DNA of 64,000 nucleotides from an uncultured Bacteroidia bacterium (GCA_902785785.1 CADAAA010000006.1:38867-102866), one strand, 5' to 3'. Counted from the first letter of the stretch, positions 9,793 through 19,328 are shown. Numbers and translations: made by a program. The notes: generated by a model from the letters alone, not told the origin.

Positions 9793-11094
9793 TTATCGTC
9801 TTGAAATGAAAGCCTCCGGAGTGACTGTGAGCATGACCCATACCCAGCGGAGCTGACCTTTATCCGAGCTGCGTTTGAGTACCTTCATGGTGTCCGTACC
9901 GCGCATGTAGGAGCCTCCTATGCTGATTTTGGCTTCCTTGCTGATATTGTATGCGGCAGAGCACTCCAGCTCGTGGCCGAGAGGCCTGTCGGCATTCTGC
10001 AGCTTTGTCGCAGTGGCCAGGTAATGGTAGGACGCGTCAAGCGAGAATGCTTCCGAGGGAGTCCAGGTCGCCCCGAAGTACAACTTCTGGAGGCCCGGGG
10101 TGAAGCCCCTGTAGTATGTGGAGACATAGAAGAAGTCCATGGCGCCGTAGAACTTGTGGTGCGAACCATAGATGGAATTGAAGCCCCTGATCTTGTCATG
10201 CTTGATTACGCCGATCATGCCTTCGGGAGGGGTGGCGAAGTGCTCGTCTCCGCTCAGGTAGTCGTAGCCGCCGAACAGGACAGTATTGGTCCCTATGTTC
10301 GCCGTGAACTTGGAACTCGCCATCCAGGCCTCGATCGGTATGCCGTATTCACTCTTGCCCATCTGGTAATAGAACGCGCCCTCGAATGACCAGCCCTTCG
10401 GCTTGAAGGACAGATAAGTACCAGCCAACTGCTGCTGCCAGGTCCTGGCGTTGTCTTCGCCCTTTTCCCCGCCCTGCATGCCCAGGTTGAGGAAAAGCAG
10501 GGAGGCGCCCATGGGGATGCGCTTGAAATCATAATGGTACCATGCGGACTCCATGGCCTTGTAGGGCTGGTATCCTCCGGAGAAAAAAGTGCCGCCGCCG
10601 CTGGTGTTCTCGCCGTTCTGGTTGAAGGCTGCGAATACGTGGAACTTGTGACCGTTCCCCTCGAAACCTGCCTTCAGGACGTCATGGGACATGCCGGTCA
10701 TGGAGAAGTCGTCGGAGCCGAAGATACGCTGGTCGTCATAAGAGAGGTTCTGGCGGCCGACCCTGACGAAAAGGCCTTGCCTGGACTGCAGCTGCACCCA
10801 GGCCTCATAGATGCCGAGGGTGCCGCCGCCCTGACTGCCCCACGTGCCGCTGTGCTGGGCGGTCAGGCGGGACGAGATGCCCTGTCCTTCATACTTGAGA
10901 CCGAGCCGGGTCCTACCGAGAAGGAACGCTGCGAAATCATCCGCGGATTCATCGCCTTTCACGAGTCCGCCGTTGCGGATCTCGCCGCGCGTCATGTAGC
11001 TCAAGTCGAACGAGAGGCCTTTCCCGGAATCCTGGGCAGGAACAGCCAGGGGGATCAGGATCAGGACGGATACTAGTACTTGTCGTAGCTTCAT
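9793..11094 (-). CDS. Alginate export family outer-membrane porin
   Basis: Signal peptide; R..R.E.R.G, YEAW, GRQ.LSYDDQRIFG, YG..HKFYGAMD motifs. Confidence 0.8.
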   Translation of the reverse strand: MKLRQVLVSVLILIPLAVPAQDSGKGLSFDLSYMTRGEIRNGGLVKGDESADDFAAFLLGRTRLGLKYEGQGISSRLTAQHSGTWGSQGGGTLGIYEAWVQLQSRQGLFVRVGRQNLSYDDQRIFGSDDFSMTGMSHDVLKAGFEGNGHKFHVFAAFNQNGENTSGGGTFFSGGYQPYKAMESAWYHYDFKRIPMGASLLFLNLGMQGGEKGEDNARTWQQQLAGTYLSFKPKGWSFEGAFYYQMGKSEYGIPIEAWMASSKFTANIGTNTVLFGGYDYLSGDEHFATPPEGMIGVIKHDKIRGFNSIYGSHHKFYGAMDFFYVSTYYRGFTPGLQKLYFGATWTPSEAFSLDASYHYLATATKLQNADRPLGHELECSAAYNISKEAKISIGGSYMRGTDTMKVLKRSSDKGQLRWVWVMLTVTPEAFISRR

Positions 11095-11101
11095 TTCTTT
11101 A

Positions 11102-11128
11102 CAAATATAGCATTATTTATTATATTTG
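11102..11128. promoter_or_regulatory. Back-to-back Bacteroidota sigma-A -7 elements (TATATTTG on both strands)
   Basis: CAAATATA at 11102-11109 and TATATTTG at 11121-11128, between the divergent porin and SAS operon. Confidence 0.65.
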
Positions 11129-11152
11129 TGAGTTGGAAGACTGGCCACATAT

Positions 11153-12205
11153 ATGTTACTGGACCCCCATTCACAGGCAATCCTCGAGGAGTACCGCACC
11201 GACCTTCCCTTCTTCAAGGAGAAGTCGGAGGAACTTACACGCAAGGTCCGCGACTTCCTGGCCTCGGCCGGCATCATCGTCGCGGCCATCGAGTCGCGAG
11301 TGAAGACCGAGGCCTCACTCTCCGGGAAGCTTGACCTCAAAGGGAACAAGTATTCGTCCCTTGCAGACATCACGGACATCATCGGAATGCGCGTGATCAC
11401 GTTCTACATCGACGATGTGGACAAGGTCGCGTCGGCATTGGAGAGATTGTTCGATGTCGACTGGGAGAACTCCGTGGACAAGCGCAAGGTCCACGAGATA
11501 GACAGCTTCGGCTACCTTTCGCTGCATTATATCTGCCGCATCCCGGACAGCCGTTACCGCTTCGAGGTACAGATGCGCACCGTCCTGCAGCACGCCTGGG
11601 CCAACATGAACCACGATACCGGATACAAGTCCGGAGTCGAGGTGCCCAGGGAGTACCTGCGCAACCTCAACCGGCTCGCCGGCATGCTGGAGCTGGTTGA
11701 CGAGCAGTTCAGCCAGATACGCATGGACCTGACCGACTATCGCCGCCGCGTGCGGGCGCTCGTCGCGTCAGGCAACCTCGATGAAGTCCCGCTGGACGGT
11801 GACACATTCAAGAGTTTCCTGGCCCTTCATCCCTTTGACCAGCTCAACCGGCGCATAGCCTCGGTCAACCAGGCCGAGATCCACGAGCAGTCCTTCATGC
11901 CTTTCCTCAAGGTGTTCAAGGACTTGGGATGCAAGACGCTCGGAGACATCTCCAGCATTATACGGGACTGCTCCGAAGGGGCTTACCAGATCGCCTGTTA
12001 CCAGATAGGGCTTACCGACCTCGATATCATCTCCTCCACCATAGGCCCTCAGGACCTTTGCATAGCATATATCCTCATCCAAGGCGGAGGCAAGGCCGGG
12101 ATCAAGTATCTGTTCGACCTGCTCAACGGCCCCGCGCCAAGCAATGAATCCATGGCGGAAATGCTTGTGGAACAGGCCGGAAACCTTCCATTCATGAACC
12201 AGTAA
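11153..12205 (+). CDS. Small alarmone synthetase (RelA_SpoT domain protein)
   Basis: SRVK, DIIGMR, GYLSLH, EVQMRT..QHAWA motifs intact; additional ~150 aa C-terminal domain. Confidence 0.9.
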   Translation: MLLDPHSQAILEEYRTDLPFFKEKSEELTRKVRDFLASAGIIVAAIESRVKTEASLSGKLDLKGNKYSSLADITDIIGMRVITFYIDDVDKVASALERLFDVDWENSVDKRKVHEIDSFGYLSLHYICRIPDSRYRFEVQMRTVLQHAWANMNHDTGYKSGVEVPREYLRNLNRLAGMLELVDEQFSQIRMDLTDYRRRVRALVASGNLDEVPLDGDTFKSFLALHPFDQLNRRIASVNQAEIHEQSFMPFLKVFKDLGCKTLGDISSIIRDCSEGAYQIACYQIGLTDLDIISSTIGPQDLCIAYILIQGGGKAGIKYLFDLLNGPAPSNESMAEMLVEQAGNLPFMNQ

Positions 12206-12208
12206 GAC

Positions 12209-12787
12209 ATGGCGAACAATCCCCTGGATACAGAGCTTCTCGACCGCGCCATCATATTTGCGGTCAAGGCCCACGCCGGTACGGAACGGCGCGGCAAGGG
12301 ATTCCCGTACATCGTGCATCCGATGGAGGCGATGGAGATCGTCTCCACGATGACCGCCGACCAGGAACTCCTCGCTGCTGCAGCATTGCACGACACCGTC
12401 GAGGATACCGATGTGACCGTGGAGCAGCTCCGGTCGGAGTTCGGCGACCGCATCGCGGACCTGGTGGATGCCGAGAGCGATGTCATGGACGAAGGCGTGA
12501 GCGAGGAGGACAGCTGGCGCGCGCGCAAGGAGGCAGGCATACGGCGCCTCGCGCGGGCCGGGCGCGACGCCAAGATCATCGCCCTCGGCGACAAACTCTC
12601 CAACATGCGCGCCATCGCCCGCGACTATGCCGCTCAGGGCGATGCGTTCTGGAGCATCTTCCACGCCAAGGACCCGAAGCAGCATGCGTGGCGCTACCGG
12701 GCGCTTGCCGACGCCATGCGGGAGCTGGAAGGCACTGCGGCATTCAGCGAATTCGAAAGTCTCATCGATAAGGTGTTCGGAAAATGA
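12209..12787 (+). CDS. Small alarmone hydrolase (Mesh1-like HD domain)
   Basis: H...R.G...PYIVHP, AAALHDTVEDT, DKLSNMR motifs. Confidence 0.9.
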   Translation: MANNPLDTELLDRAIIFAVKAHAGTERRGKGFPYIVHPMEAMEIVSTMTADQELLAAAALHDTVEDTDVTVEQLRSEFGDRIADLVDAESDVMDEGVSEEDSWRARKEAGIRRLARAGRDAKIIALGDKLSNMRAIARDYAAQGDAFWSIFHAKDPKQHAWRYRALADAMRELEGTAAFSEFESLIDKVFGK

Positions 12788-13623
12788 TGGAACTGGAAGC
12801 CAAGAAGATATCCCTCGAGGATTATGTACTCTCCGGCGGAGGCGCCAACGGAGAGAGCTTCGACCACAAGACCGACAAGTCGGTGATGCTGAAGCTCTAT
12901 TTCCCCGGCAAGGCGCGCCAGCCGCTGGACGAGATGCTGCTTGCGCGCAAGGTCTATGCCCTCGGCATACCCACCCCAGAGCCCGGCGAGTATGTGGTCA
13001 CGGATGACGGCCGCTACGGCATCCTCTTCCGTCGCATCACGGGCAAAAAATCCTTTTCCCGAGCCACTGCGGACCATCCCGAGAATGTAAAGGAGTATGC
13101 AGAGACCTTTGCCGGGATGTGTCTTGACCTTCATGCCAAGCATGTCGATACCACGCAGTTTGAGAGCGTGAAGGCACGTTATTTCCACCTTCTGGAGGAA
13201 AGTCCATTCTTCACGCCTGCAGAAAAAGACCGTATCGGAAGGTTCATTTCAGATGCACCCGACACCGACATGGCCATCCACGGAGACCTGCAGTTCAGCA
13301 ATGCCATCTTCGTCGGGGACCACAGGTATTTCATTGACCTGGGAGACTTCTGTTACGGCTACAACCGCTTCGATGTCGGGATGGTCTATCTGTGCTGCAA
13401 CCTCAGCCCCGAACCCTTCGTAAAGGAGACCTTCCACATGCCGAAGGCCCTTGCTGGCAAGTTCTGGGAGCATTTCGCTCCCGCATATTTCGGCAGCGAC
13501 CGGCCGTTGAAAGACATTGAGGAGGAGATCCTGCCTTACGCGGGACTCAAGACGCTTATCATCGAACGTGACATGAAAGAGCCGATGCCTGTATTCAGGG
13601 AGGCCCTCAAGAGTGTATTATGA
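12784..13623 (+). CDS. Aminoglycoside-phosphotransferase-like kinase (TIGR02172-like)
   Basis: GGGANG loop, LKLY, HGDLQFSN (Brenner motif), FIDLG. Confidence 0.8.
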   Translation: MMELEAKKISLEDYVLSGGGANGESFDHKTDKSVMLKLYFPGKARQPLDEMLLARKVYALGIPTPEPGEYVVTDDGRYGILFRRITGKKSFSRATADHPENVKEYAETFAGMCLDLHAKHVDTTQFESVKARYFHLLEESPFFTPAEKDRIGRFISDAPDTDMAIHGDLQFSNAIFVGDHRYFIDLGDFCYGYNRFDVGMVYLCCNLSPEPFVKETFHMPKALAGKFWEHFAPAYFGSDRPLKDIEEEILPYAGLKTLIIERDMKEPMPVFREALKSVL

Positions 13624-15719
13624 GAATAAAGAATACTTTTGACAGTTTAGAGAAAAGCATCAAGAAACGTTCAGCCTGGTCGGGAGTGATGCTGATACTC
13701 GTCGCGGCCATCACCCTTGAGGCCACGGGGTTGATCCAGTATTTCTTTGCCACTAAAGGCCTCCAGGAGGAAGCTGAAAGAAGGACGAACAGCGAGATGC
13801 AGCAGGTCAGCGGGGAAATCGAGAATATCACGTACTCCGTAGAAAAAAGCGTCCAGTCCATGTCCTGGATCATAGGACGCGAGCTTTCCCATCCGGACTC
13901 CATGTTCATATACATAAAACGCCTGATGGAGTTTACCCCGGCAGTGGCTAACAGTGCTGTGGCCTTTGTAGAGGATTTCTATCCTTCAAAGGGGCATTGG
14001 TACGAGCCCCTGATCGCACGGAGGGAAAACGGCACCTTGGAATCCATCGTCCTCGGATCCGAATCGCACGATTATTTCAAATCAAGCTGGTATACCGAAC
14101 CCGTCAGAACGGGGAAAGGCTGCTGGAGTGAACCGTATTACGATGAAAGCGGCGCAAAGACCTACGTCGTAACCTATGCCTATCCCGTATGGGACCAGTA
14201 CGACAATATCGTAGGAGTCTGTGCTGCAGACCTGTCCTTGGGATGGATGGATGATCTGTTGAGCAGTATCAATCTCTATCCCAATTCGTTCAGCAAACTT
14301 GTCAGCGGTGAGGGCAAACTGCTGGCATGCCCCGTGGACACCAGTAGCGTCAGTAATCCCCTCCGCTTTTCCACTCCGGTCCGAAACATAGGATGGAGTT
14401 TGTCTGTCGGCATCCCTGAGGAGTCCGTTTACAAGGATATAAAGCGCACCAGTTTCCTGGTGATGCTTCTCCAGTTGCTCGGACTTCTGCTTATTATATT
14501 CATCCTGCGTAGCATTGTGAACGCGCAGATGAAATACAAGAAACTGAGCGACAAGAAGGAGAAGATGGAGAGTGAACTCCGTGTGGCGCACGGCATCCAG
14601 ATGGCCATGCTGCCCAATATCTTCCCTCCTTTCCCGGAGCGCGACGACATAGACATGTTCGCCTTCCTCGACCCCGCCAAGGAAGTGGGAGGCGACCTTT
14701 ACGATTTCTACATCAGGGACAACAAACTGTTCTTCTGTATCGGAGACGTCTCCGGAAAGGGCGTCCCGGCCGCCCTCGTGATGGCCGTGACGCGCAGCCA
14801 GTTCCGCACCGTCTCCGCCCACGAAAGGAGCCCGCTGCATATAGTCACCGCAATGAACAACAGCATGTCGGACATCAATCGGGACATGATGTTCGTAACG
14901 TTCTTCTGCGGTATCCTTGACTTGCTTACCGGCCACCTGCGCTACTGCAACGCCGGGCACAACGGTCCCCTGCTTATCGGGAAAGACGGAGGAATAAGAC
15001 AGTTGCCGGTAATCCCCAACCTCCCGCTCGGCATCATGCCCGGTATGGCGTATCAGGAGCAGGAGACCGACCTTGTATACGGAGAGGCCATCTTCCTTTA
15101 CACTGACGGTATTACCGAGGCCGAGGACAATGATCACAGGCTGTTCGGCGAAGAGCGGCTGAAAGAGACGCTCACAAAAGCGAAAGGCTCCGCCATGGAC
15201 AAGCTTTCCAAGCTGAAAGCCGCCATCTCGTCCTTCGTCGGGAAAGCTCACCAGAGCGATGATATGACTACCATGCTTATAACTTATATGAACGACAAGA
15301 ACCCCGACTCATTCGAGCGGCACCTGATCCTCCACAATGACATCCGGCAGATCCCCCAGCTTGCCGGATTCATCGAGACGGTCGCTCAGGACGCTAGGCT
15401 TGACAAGAGCCTTGCGATGTCACTCAACCTTGCCCTTGAGGAGGCCGTGACAAACGTGATCATGTATGCCTATCCCCAGGGATCGGACGGGCTGGTGGAC
15501 ATCGAAGCGGTCATCCGCAAGGACTCGATAGACTTCATGGTCATCGATAGCGGCAAGCCGTTCGACCCTACGGCCGTGCCCGACGCCAATATAGAAAGCG
15601 CCCTCGAGGACCGTCCCATCGGCGGATTGGGCATTTTCCTTGTAAGGAACATCATGGACACCGTTAAATACGAACGTAAAGAAGGCAAGAACCTGTTATC
15701 AATGACAAAAAGAATTTAA
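13620..15719 (+). CDS. Cache sensor + SpoIIE/PP2C phosphatase + HATPase_c (RsbW-like) fusion
   Basis: Two TM helices flanking a Cache domain (WY..P, WSEPYYD); EVGGDLYD, GDVSGKG, YTDGITEA, DDMT; EEAVTNVIMYAY, DSGKPFDP, GGLGIFLV. Confidence 0.9.
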   Translation: MRIKNTFDSLEKSIKKRSAWSGVMLILVAAITLEATGLIQYFFATKGLQEEAERRTNSEMQQVSGEIENITYSVEKSVQSMSWIIGRELSHPDSMFIYIKRLMEFTPAVANSAVAFVEDFYPSKGHWYEPLIARRENGTLESIVLGSESHDYFKSSWYTEPVRTGKGCWSEPYYDESGAKTYVVTYAYPVWDQYDNIVGVCAADLSLGWMDDLLSSINLYPNSFSKLVSGEGKLLACPVDTSSVSNPLRFSTPVRNIGWSLSVGIPEESVYKDIKRTSFLVMLLQLLGLLLIIFILRSIVNAQMKYKKLSDKKEKMESELRVAHGIQMAMLPNIFPPFPERDDIDMFAFLDPAKEVGGDLYDFYIRDNKLFFCIGDVSGKGVPAALVMAVTRSQFRTVSAHERSPLHIVTAMNNSMSDINRDMMFVTFFCGILDLLTGHLRYCNAGHNGPLLIGKDGGIRQLPVIPNLPLGIMPGMAYQEQETDLVYGEAIFLYTDGITEAEDNDHRLFGEERLKETLTKAKGSAMDKLSKLKAAISSFVGKAHQSDDMTTMLITYMNDKNPDSFERHLILHNDIRQIPQLAGFIETVAQDARLDKSLAMSLNLALEEAVTNVIMYAYPQGSDGLVDIEAVIRKDSIDFMVIDSGKPFDPTAVPDANIESALEDRPIGGLGIFLVRNIMDTVKYERKEGKNLLSMTKRI

Positions 15720-15724
15720 TCGAT

Positions 15725-16030
15725 ATGGAAATCACTATCAACAAATCAGACAACGTGACGACCGTTCGGATGATCGGCCGTCTGGACACCACTGCAGCCC
15801 AGGAGATCGCCAAGGACATGGCGGCAGTGGAGGCTGAGACCGCAGGGACCGTCGTACTCGACTGTTCGGAGATGACCTACATCTCCAGTTCCGGACTCCG
15901 CATTTTCCTGACTCTCCGCAAGGAAGCTGCCGTCAGGGGAGGAAAAGTCATAGTCAAGAGCATATCCAATGACATCAGGCAGGTCTTCATGATGACCGGT
16001 TTCCTGAACCTGTTCCAGATTGAAGACTGA
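15725..16030 (+). CDS. STAS domain anti-sigma-factor antagonist
   Basis: GRLDT, LDCSEMTYISSSGLR with the conserved phosphoacceptor Ser. Confidence 0.9.
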   Translation: MEITINKSDNVTTVRMIGRLDTTAAQEIAKDMAAVEAETAGTVVLDCSEMTYISSSGLRIFLTLRKEAAVRGGKVIVKSISNDIRQVFMMTGFLNLFQIED

Positions 16031-17517
16031 TGCTGCCGCTTTCAATCTTTTCCGTAAACCTTCTGTCTGACAATCTGCTTCTGCTGGCATCGGTACTGGT
16101 GTTCTTCGCCATACTGATCACCAAGATCGGAGCACGCTTCGGGGCCCCTTCCCTGTTGCTGTTCCTTCTGCTGGGTATGATTGCCGGAGCCGACGGGGTG
16201 GGACTGAAGTTCGAGGATTACCACATAGCTGAGTCCATCGGCCATTTCGCCATGACCATCATCCTGTTCACTGGCGGTCTGGAGACATCGATGGTCGAGA
16301 CCAAGCCGGTGATGAAACAAGGCGCACTGCTTTCGACGCTGGGCGTCTTCATGACCTCGATACTGACAGCACTTTTCATCTATTTCGTCGCCGGGAAGTG
16401 GATCGGCCCGCTCGGAGCTTCGTTCCTGGGCTGCTTCCTGCTTTCCGCCGTCATGTCCTCGACTGACTCGGCATCGGTGTTCTCGGTGCTGCGCGGCAAG
16501 AGGATGCACCTCCGTGAGAACCTCAGCCCGATGCTGGAGTTGGAGTCGGGAAGCAACGACCCCATGGCATACGTGCTTACGATTATCCTCGTGCAGGTGC
16601 TGACTTCTTCCAAGCACACCGACTCCATGGCCATGCTCGGCACGGGAGCATGGGTGTTGCTCGTGCAGATCGTGGTAGGTTTCCTGATCGGACTGGGAGT
16701 CGGATTCGGGGCGAAGTGGATCCTGGAGCGCGTCAAGCTTCCCAGCAACGCACTATACTCCGTGATGATCCTGAGCATCGGTTTCTTCGCCAACGGTATC
16801 GCCTCACTCCTGTTCGGTAACGGCCTGCTTGCATTGTACATCGCCGCTATAGTCATAGGCAACAGGGCCGACATCCCCATGAAAAGGGACGTCCTGAAGT
16901 TCTTCGACGGCATGACCTGGCTGATGCAACTGCTCATGTTTTTGATGCTGGGGCTTCTGGCCAGACCGTCGCAGTTCTCCTCCATTGCGTGGCCTGCGCT
17001 GATGATAGGCATGTTCATGATGTTCGTAGCCAGACCGCTGAGCGTATTCCTGTGCCTAGCACCCTTCAAGGGCCTGTCATTCAAGGCCAAGGCCTTCGCC
17101 TCATGGGTAGGCCTCAAGGGCGCGGGTCCTATCTTGTTCGCATTGTGCCCGGTCGTAGCCGGACTCGACGGGGCGACGGAGATATTCAACATCGTGTTCT
17201 TCATCTCGCTGCTGTCGCTGATACTCCAGGGAATGACCCTCTCGTCATCCTCAAGATGGCTCGGGCTCAGCTATGAAGCGGATCCGGAAGTAGAAACGTT
17301 CGGCATGGAGATCCCGGAAGAGATGGGCATGCTCCGCGACCATACCGTGACGGAAGATGACCTCCAGAACGGCGAGACGCTCCGCGACCTGCATCTGCCG
17401 CACGGCATCCGGGTGATGATGGTCAAACGTGACGGGAAATTCCTCGTCCCCCATGGCAGCATGCAACTGCAGGAGGGCGACCATCTCGTTATCATAATGG
17501 GAGATACCGACGACTAG
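16030..17517 (+). CDS. Potassium/proton antiporter (NhaP2/CvrA family) with TrkA-C domain
   Basis: SSTDSASVF, LELESGSNDPMA, WVGLKGAGPI motifs; C-terminal RCK_C-like domain. Confidence 0.9.
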   Translation: MLPLSIFSVNLLSDNLLLLASVLVFFAILITKIGARFGAPSLLLFLLLGMIAGADGVGLKFEDYHIAESIGHFAMTIILFTGGLETSMVETKPVMKQGALLSTLGVFMTSILTALFIYFVAGKWIGPLGASFLGCFLLSAVMSSTDSASVFSVLRGKRMHLRENLSPMLELESGSNDPMAYVLTIILVQVLTSSKHTDSMAMLGTGAWVLLVQIVVGFLIGLGVGFGAKWILERVKLPSNALYSVMILSIGFFANGIASLLFGNGLLALYIAAIVIGNRADIPMKRDVLKFFDGMTWLMQLLMFLMLGLLARPSQFSSIAWPALMIGMFMMFVARPLSVFLCLAPFKGLSFKAKAFASWVGLKGAGPILFALCPVVAGLDGATEIFNIVFFISLLSLILQGMTLSSSSRWLGLSYEADPEVETFGMEIPEEMGMLRDHTVTEDDLQNGETLRDLHLPHGIRVMMVKRDGKFLVPHGSMQLQEGDHLVIIMGDTDD

Positions 17518-17536
17518 ACTATTCTTTGAGCGGTGC

Positions 17537-17647
17537 CCGTGATTTACAATTTATTAACAATCAGCGTTTTAAGCAATTATTGAGTGTCAATTTTGATGAG
17601 GGAGCATTCTGTTAATATACTGGTTTCAAGTCTTTTACAAATCACGG
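17537..17647. repeat. AT-rich ~110 bp imperfect inverted-repeat element
   Basis: CCGTGATTT (17537) / AAATCACGG (ends 17647); arms stay similar inward for ~36 bp. Confidence 0.45.
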
Positions 17648-18462
17648 TGGTGTTAATGGCCGCCGGGTGCAAGGGCGGGCCGGCGCCGGACTTCTCCGGC
17701 CAATGGGCGGAGAAGAGCGCCGAGCGCGTGGTGGCCGTGTTCACGCCGGCCGCTTCCGGCGGCTACGGCGTGCAGATCGGCTGGCGCGAGACCGGCCTCG
17801 CCCAGTACGAGGCCTGGGACATGAGCGCCGTCGCGGGCAAGCGCGGAACGCTTGCCTACAGCGACGGGCGCTTCGTGCGCCTCAGTTTCGAGCGCGACGG
17901 TGACACTGAATATGTCGAAGATACCGTCTATACCGACGGTGAGGGATCATTTCTCATCAACCGCCACGGAGAGCTTGTCTGGACAGACGCCACGGACGGC
18001 TCCAAGACCGTTTTCATCCGCACCGACCTCAACGGCGATAATGCCTCGATCATCGCCCCTGAGCTTACCGGACGCGTCTTGGAGCTATGCCGCTATATCC
18101 CTGACCATGAGCTGCTTCCGGAAGCCTCCTCGTACATGACCGCCGATTTCTTCAAGGCCCTTTCCGACGCTTTTGAAAAAACTGCACCGGATGACGGGAC
18201 GATCGATGATACCGAGTGGCTATACACATTCGTGACCGGAAACGGCGGAGCTCTCCCCTCCTATTCCGTCGAGTCCGTCCACCGGGCAGACCGGACGCAC
18301 GCCACTGCCGTGGTCGGCGTCCGCGACCTTTGGGAGCCCGGCGGAGAGCCCTCCGGCGAACTCCGCCTCCACCAGATGGACCTCGTCCGCGAGAACGGCC
18401 ACTGGCTCATCTCCGACTTCGACGGCCGCAAGCAAGCCTGCCTGGATTACATCTCGCAATAG
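17584..18462 (+). CDS. Hypothetical lipoprotein with C-terminal NTF2/DUF3828-like domain (start uncertain)
   Basis: Lipobox MAAGC; C-terminal ...LVRENGHWLISDF pattern; GC-rich coding bias begins near 17656. Confidence 0.6.
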   Translation: MSILMREHSVNILVSSLLQITVVLMAAGCKGGPAPDFSGQWAEKSAERVVAVFTPAASGGYGVQIGWRETGLAQYEAWDMSAVAGKRGTLAYSDGRFVRLSFERDGDTEYVEDTVYTDGEGSFLINRHGELVWTDATDGSKTVFIRTDLNGDNASIIAPELTGRVLELCRYIPDHELLPEASSYMTADFFKALSDAFEKTAPDDGTIDDTEWLYTFVTGNGGALPSYSVESVHRADRTHATAVVGVRDLWEPGGEPSGELRLHQMDLVRENGHWLISDFDGRKQACLDYISQ

Positions 18463-18466
18463 TGTC

Positions 18467-18550
18467 GTAGACGGTCCAAACCATGGACCGTCAAGAGCAT
18501 TTTAGCCCGTTTTTGCTTCCGACGGTCCAAAGTTTGGACCGTCGGAAGCA
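18467..18550 (-). repeat. REP-like doublet family A, orphan copy 1 (reverse orientation)
   Basis: GACGGTCCA-aacca-TGGACCGTC (18470-18492) and TGCTTCCGACGGTCCA-aagtt-TGGACCGTCGGAAGCA (18514-18550); centres 51 bp apart. Confidence 0.9.
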
Positions 18551-18623
18551 CTTTATGGGGGAAGAATACAAAAAAGGCTACCCGAAGAATATCGAAAGAA
18601 CAGGAAGGAACGTAAAATGGAAT

Positions 18624-19328
18624 CTACGGCAGGAGGACAGGGACGGCGTGGAGAAGGGGGGAAGAGGAAAGGTCCTGAGGATTGGTTCCCGGGACACCCT
18701 GAGGGACATCCGTCCCAAGACGGGTGAAGAGATCCACCCAATACTCCGGGTATTCGCCGTTCTCATTCTTGAAATTCATTGGGTTGCCGTCGAAGAGGCA
18801 GTGCCCGTCCTTGTCCAGGAAGCTCTCCTGAACGAGTTCGGAGCAATACATGGCTCCGTTGTCCGGAAGAAAATACTCATCGTAGGGCTGGCCGCAGAAG
18901 GACTTGGCAGTCTCGATCCATTGGCTTGCGAGACCGGTATCGTTCATTCGCTTGACAGTATAAACGGGGTTTGTGCCATCGTCGTAAACGAAGTCGCTGT
19001 AGAAGGTATCCAGCGGACGCCGGGAGACTCCGCGACGGGTAGTGGCGTCGATGACCCATACGTCGGCGCCGTCTACTTCGACCAGGGCGACGTGGATCAC
19101 GTCGCCCGTCGCGGCGGCGATGGCGCCATCCATCGACGACTCTTTTGCGTCGTGGCCCTCAGCCTGACTGACGAAGATCAGGTCACCGGTCTGCAGCCGC
19201 TCCTGCCGGCCGGCACCGCTGCGGGCTCCGCAGCCCGCCAAGGCCGCCAGCGGGAGCAGAACTGCCAATGCCGTTACCAAGGCAGAAGCCGGACCGGCCG
19301 TGGCTCGATGGACAATCTTTCTCTTCAT
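18624..19328 (-). CDS. YiiX/YebB-like permuted NlpC/P60 cysteine hydrolase lipoprotein
   Basis: GDLIFV, HVALV, IDAT..GV, G.PYD..F, YCSELV motifs; lipobox LAGC. Confidence 0.85.
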   Translation of the reverse strand: MKRKIVHRATAGPASALVTALAVLLPLAALAGCGARSGAGRQERLQTGDLIFVSQAEGHDAKESSMDGAIAAATGDVIHVALVEVDGADVWVIDATTRRGVSRRPLDTFYSDFVYDDGTNPVYTVKRMNDTGLASQWIETAKSFCGQPYDEYFLPDNGAMYCSELVQESFLDKDGHCLFDGNPMNFKNENGEYPEYWVDLFTRLGTDVPQGVPGTNPQDLSSSPLLHAVPVLLP

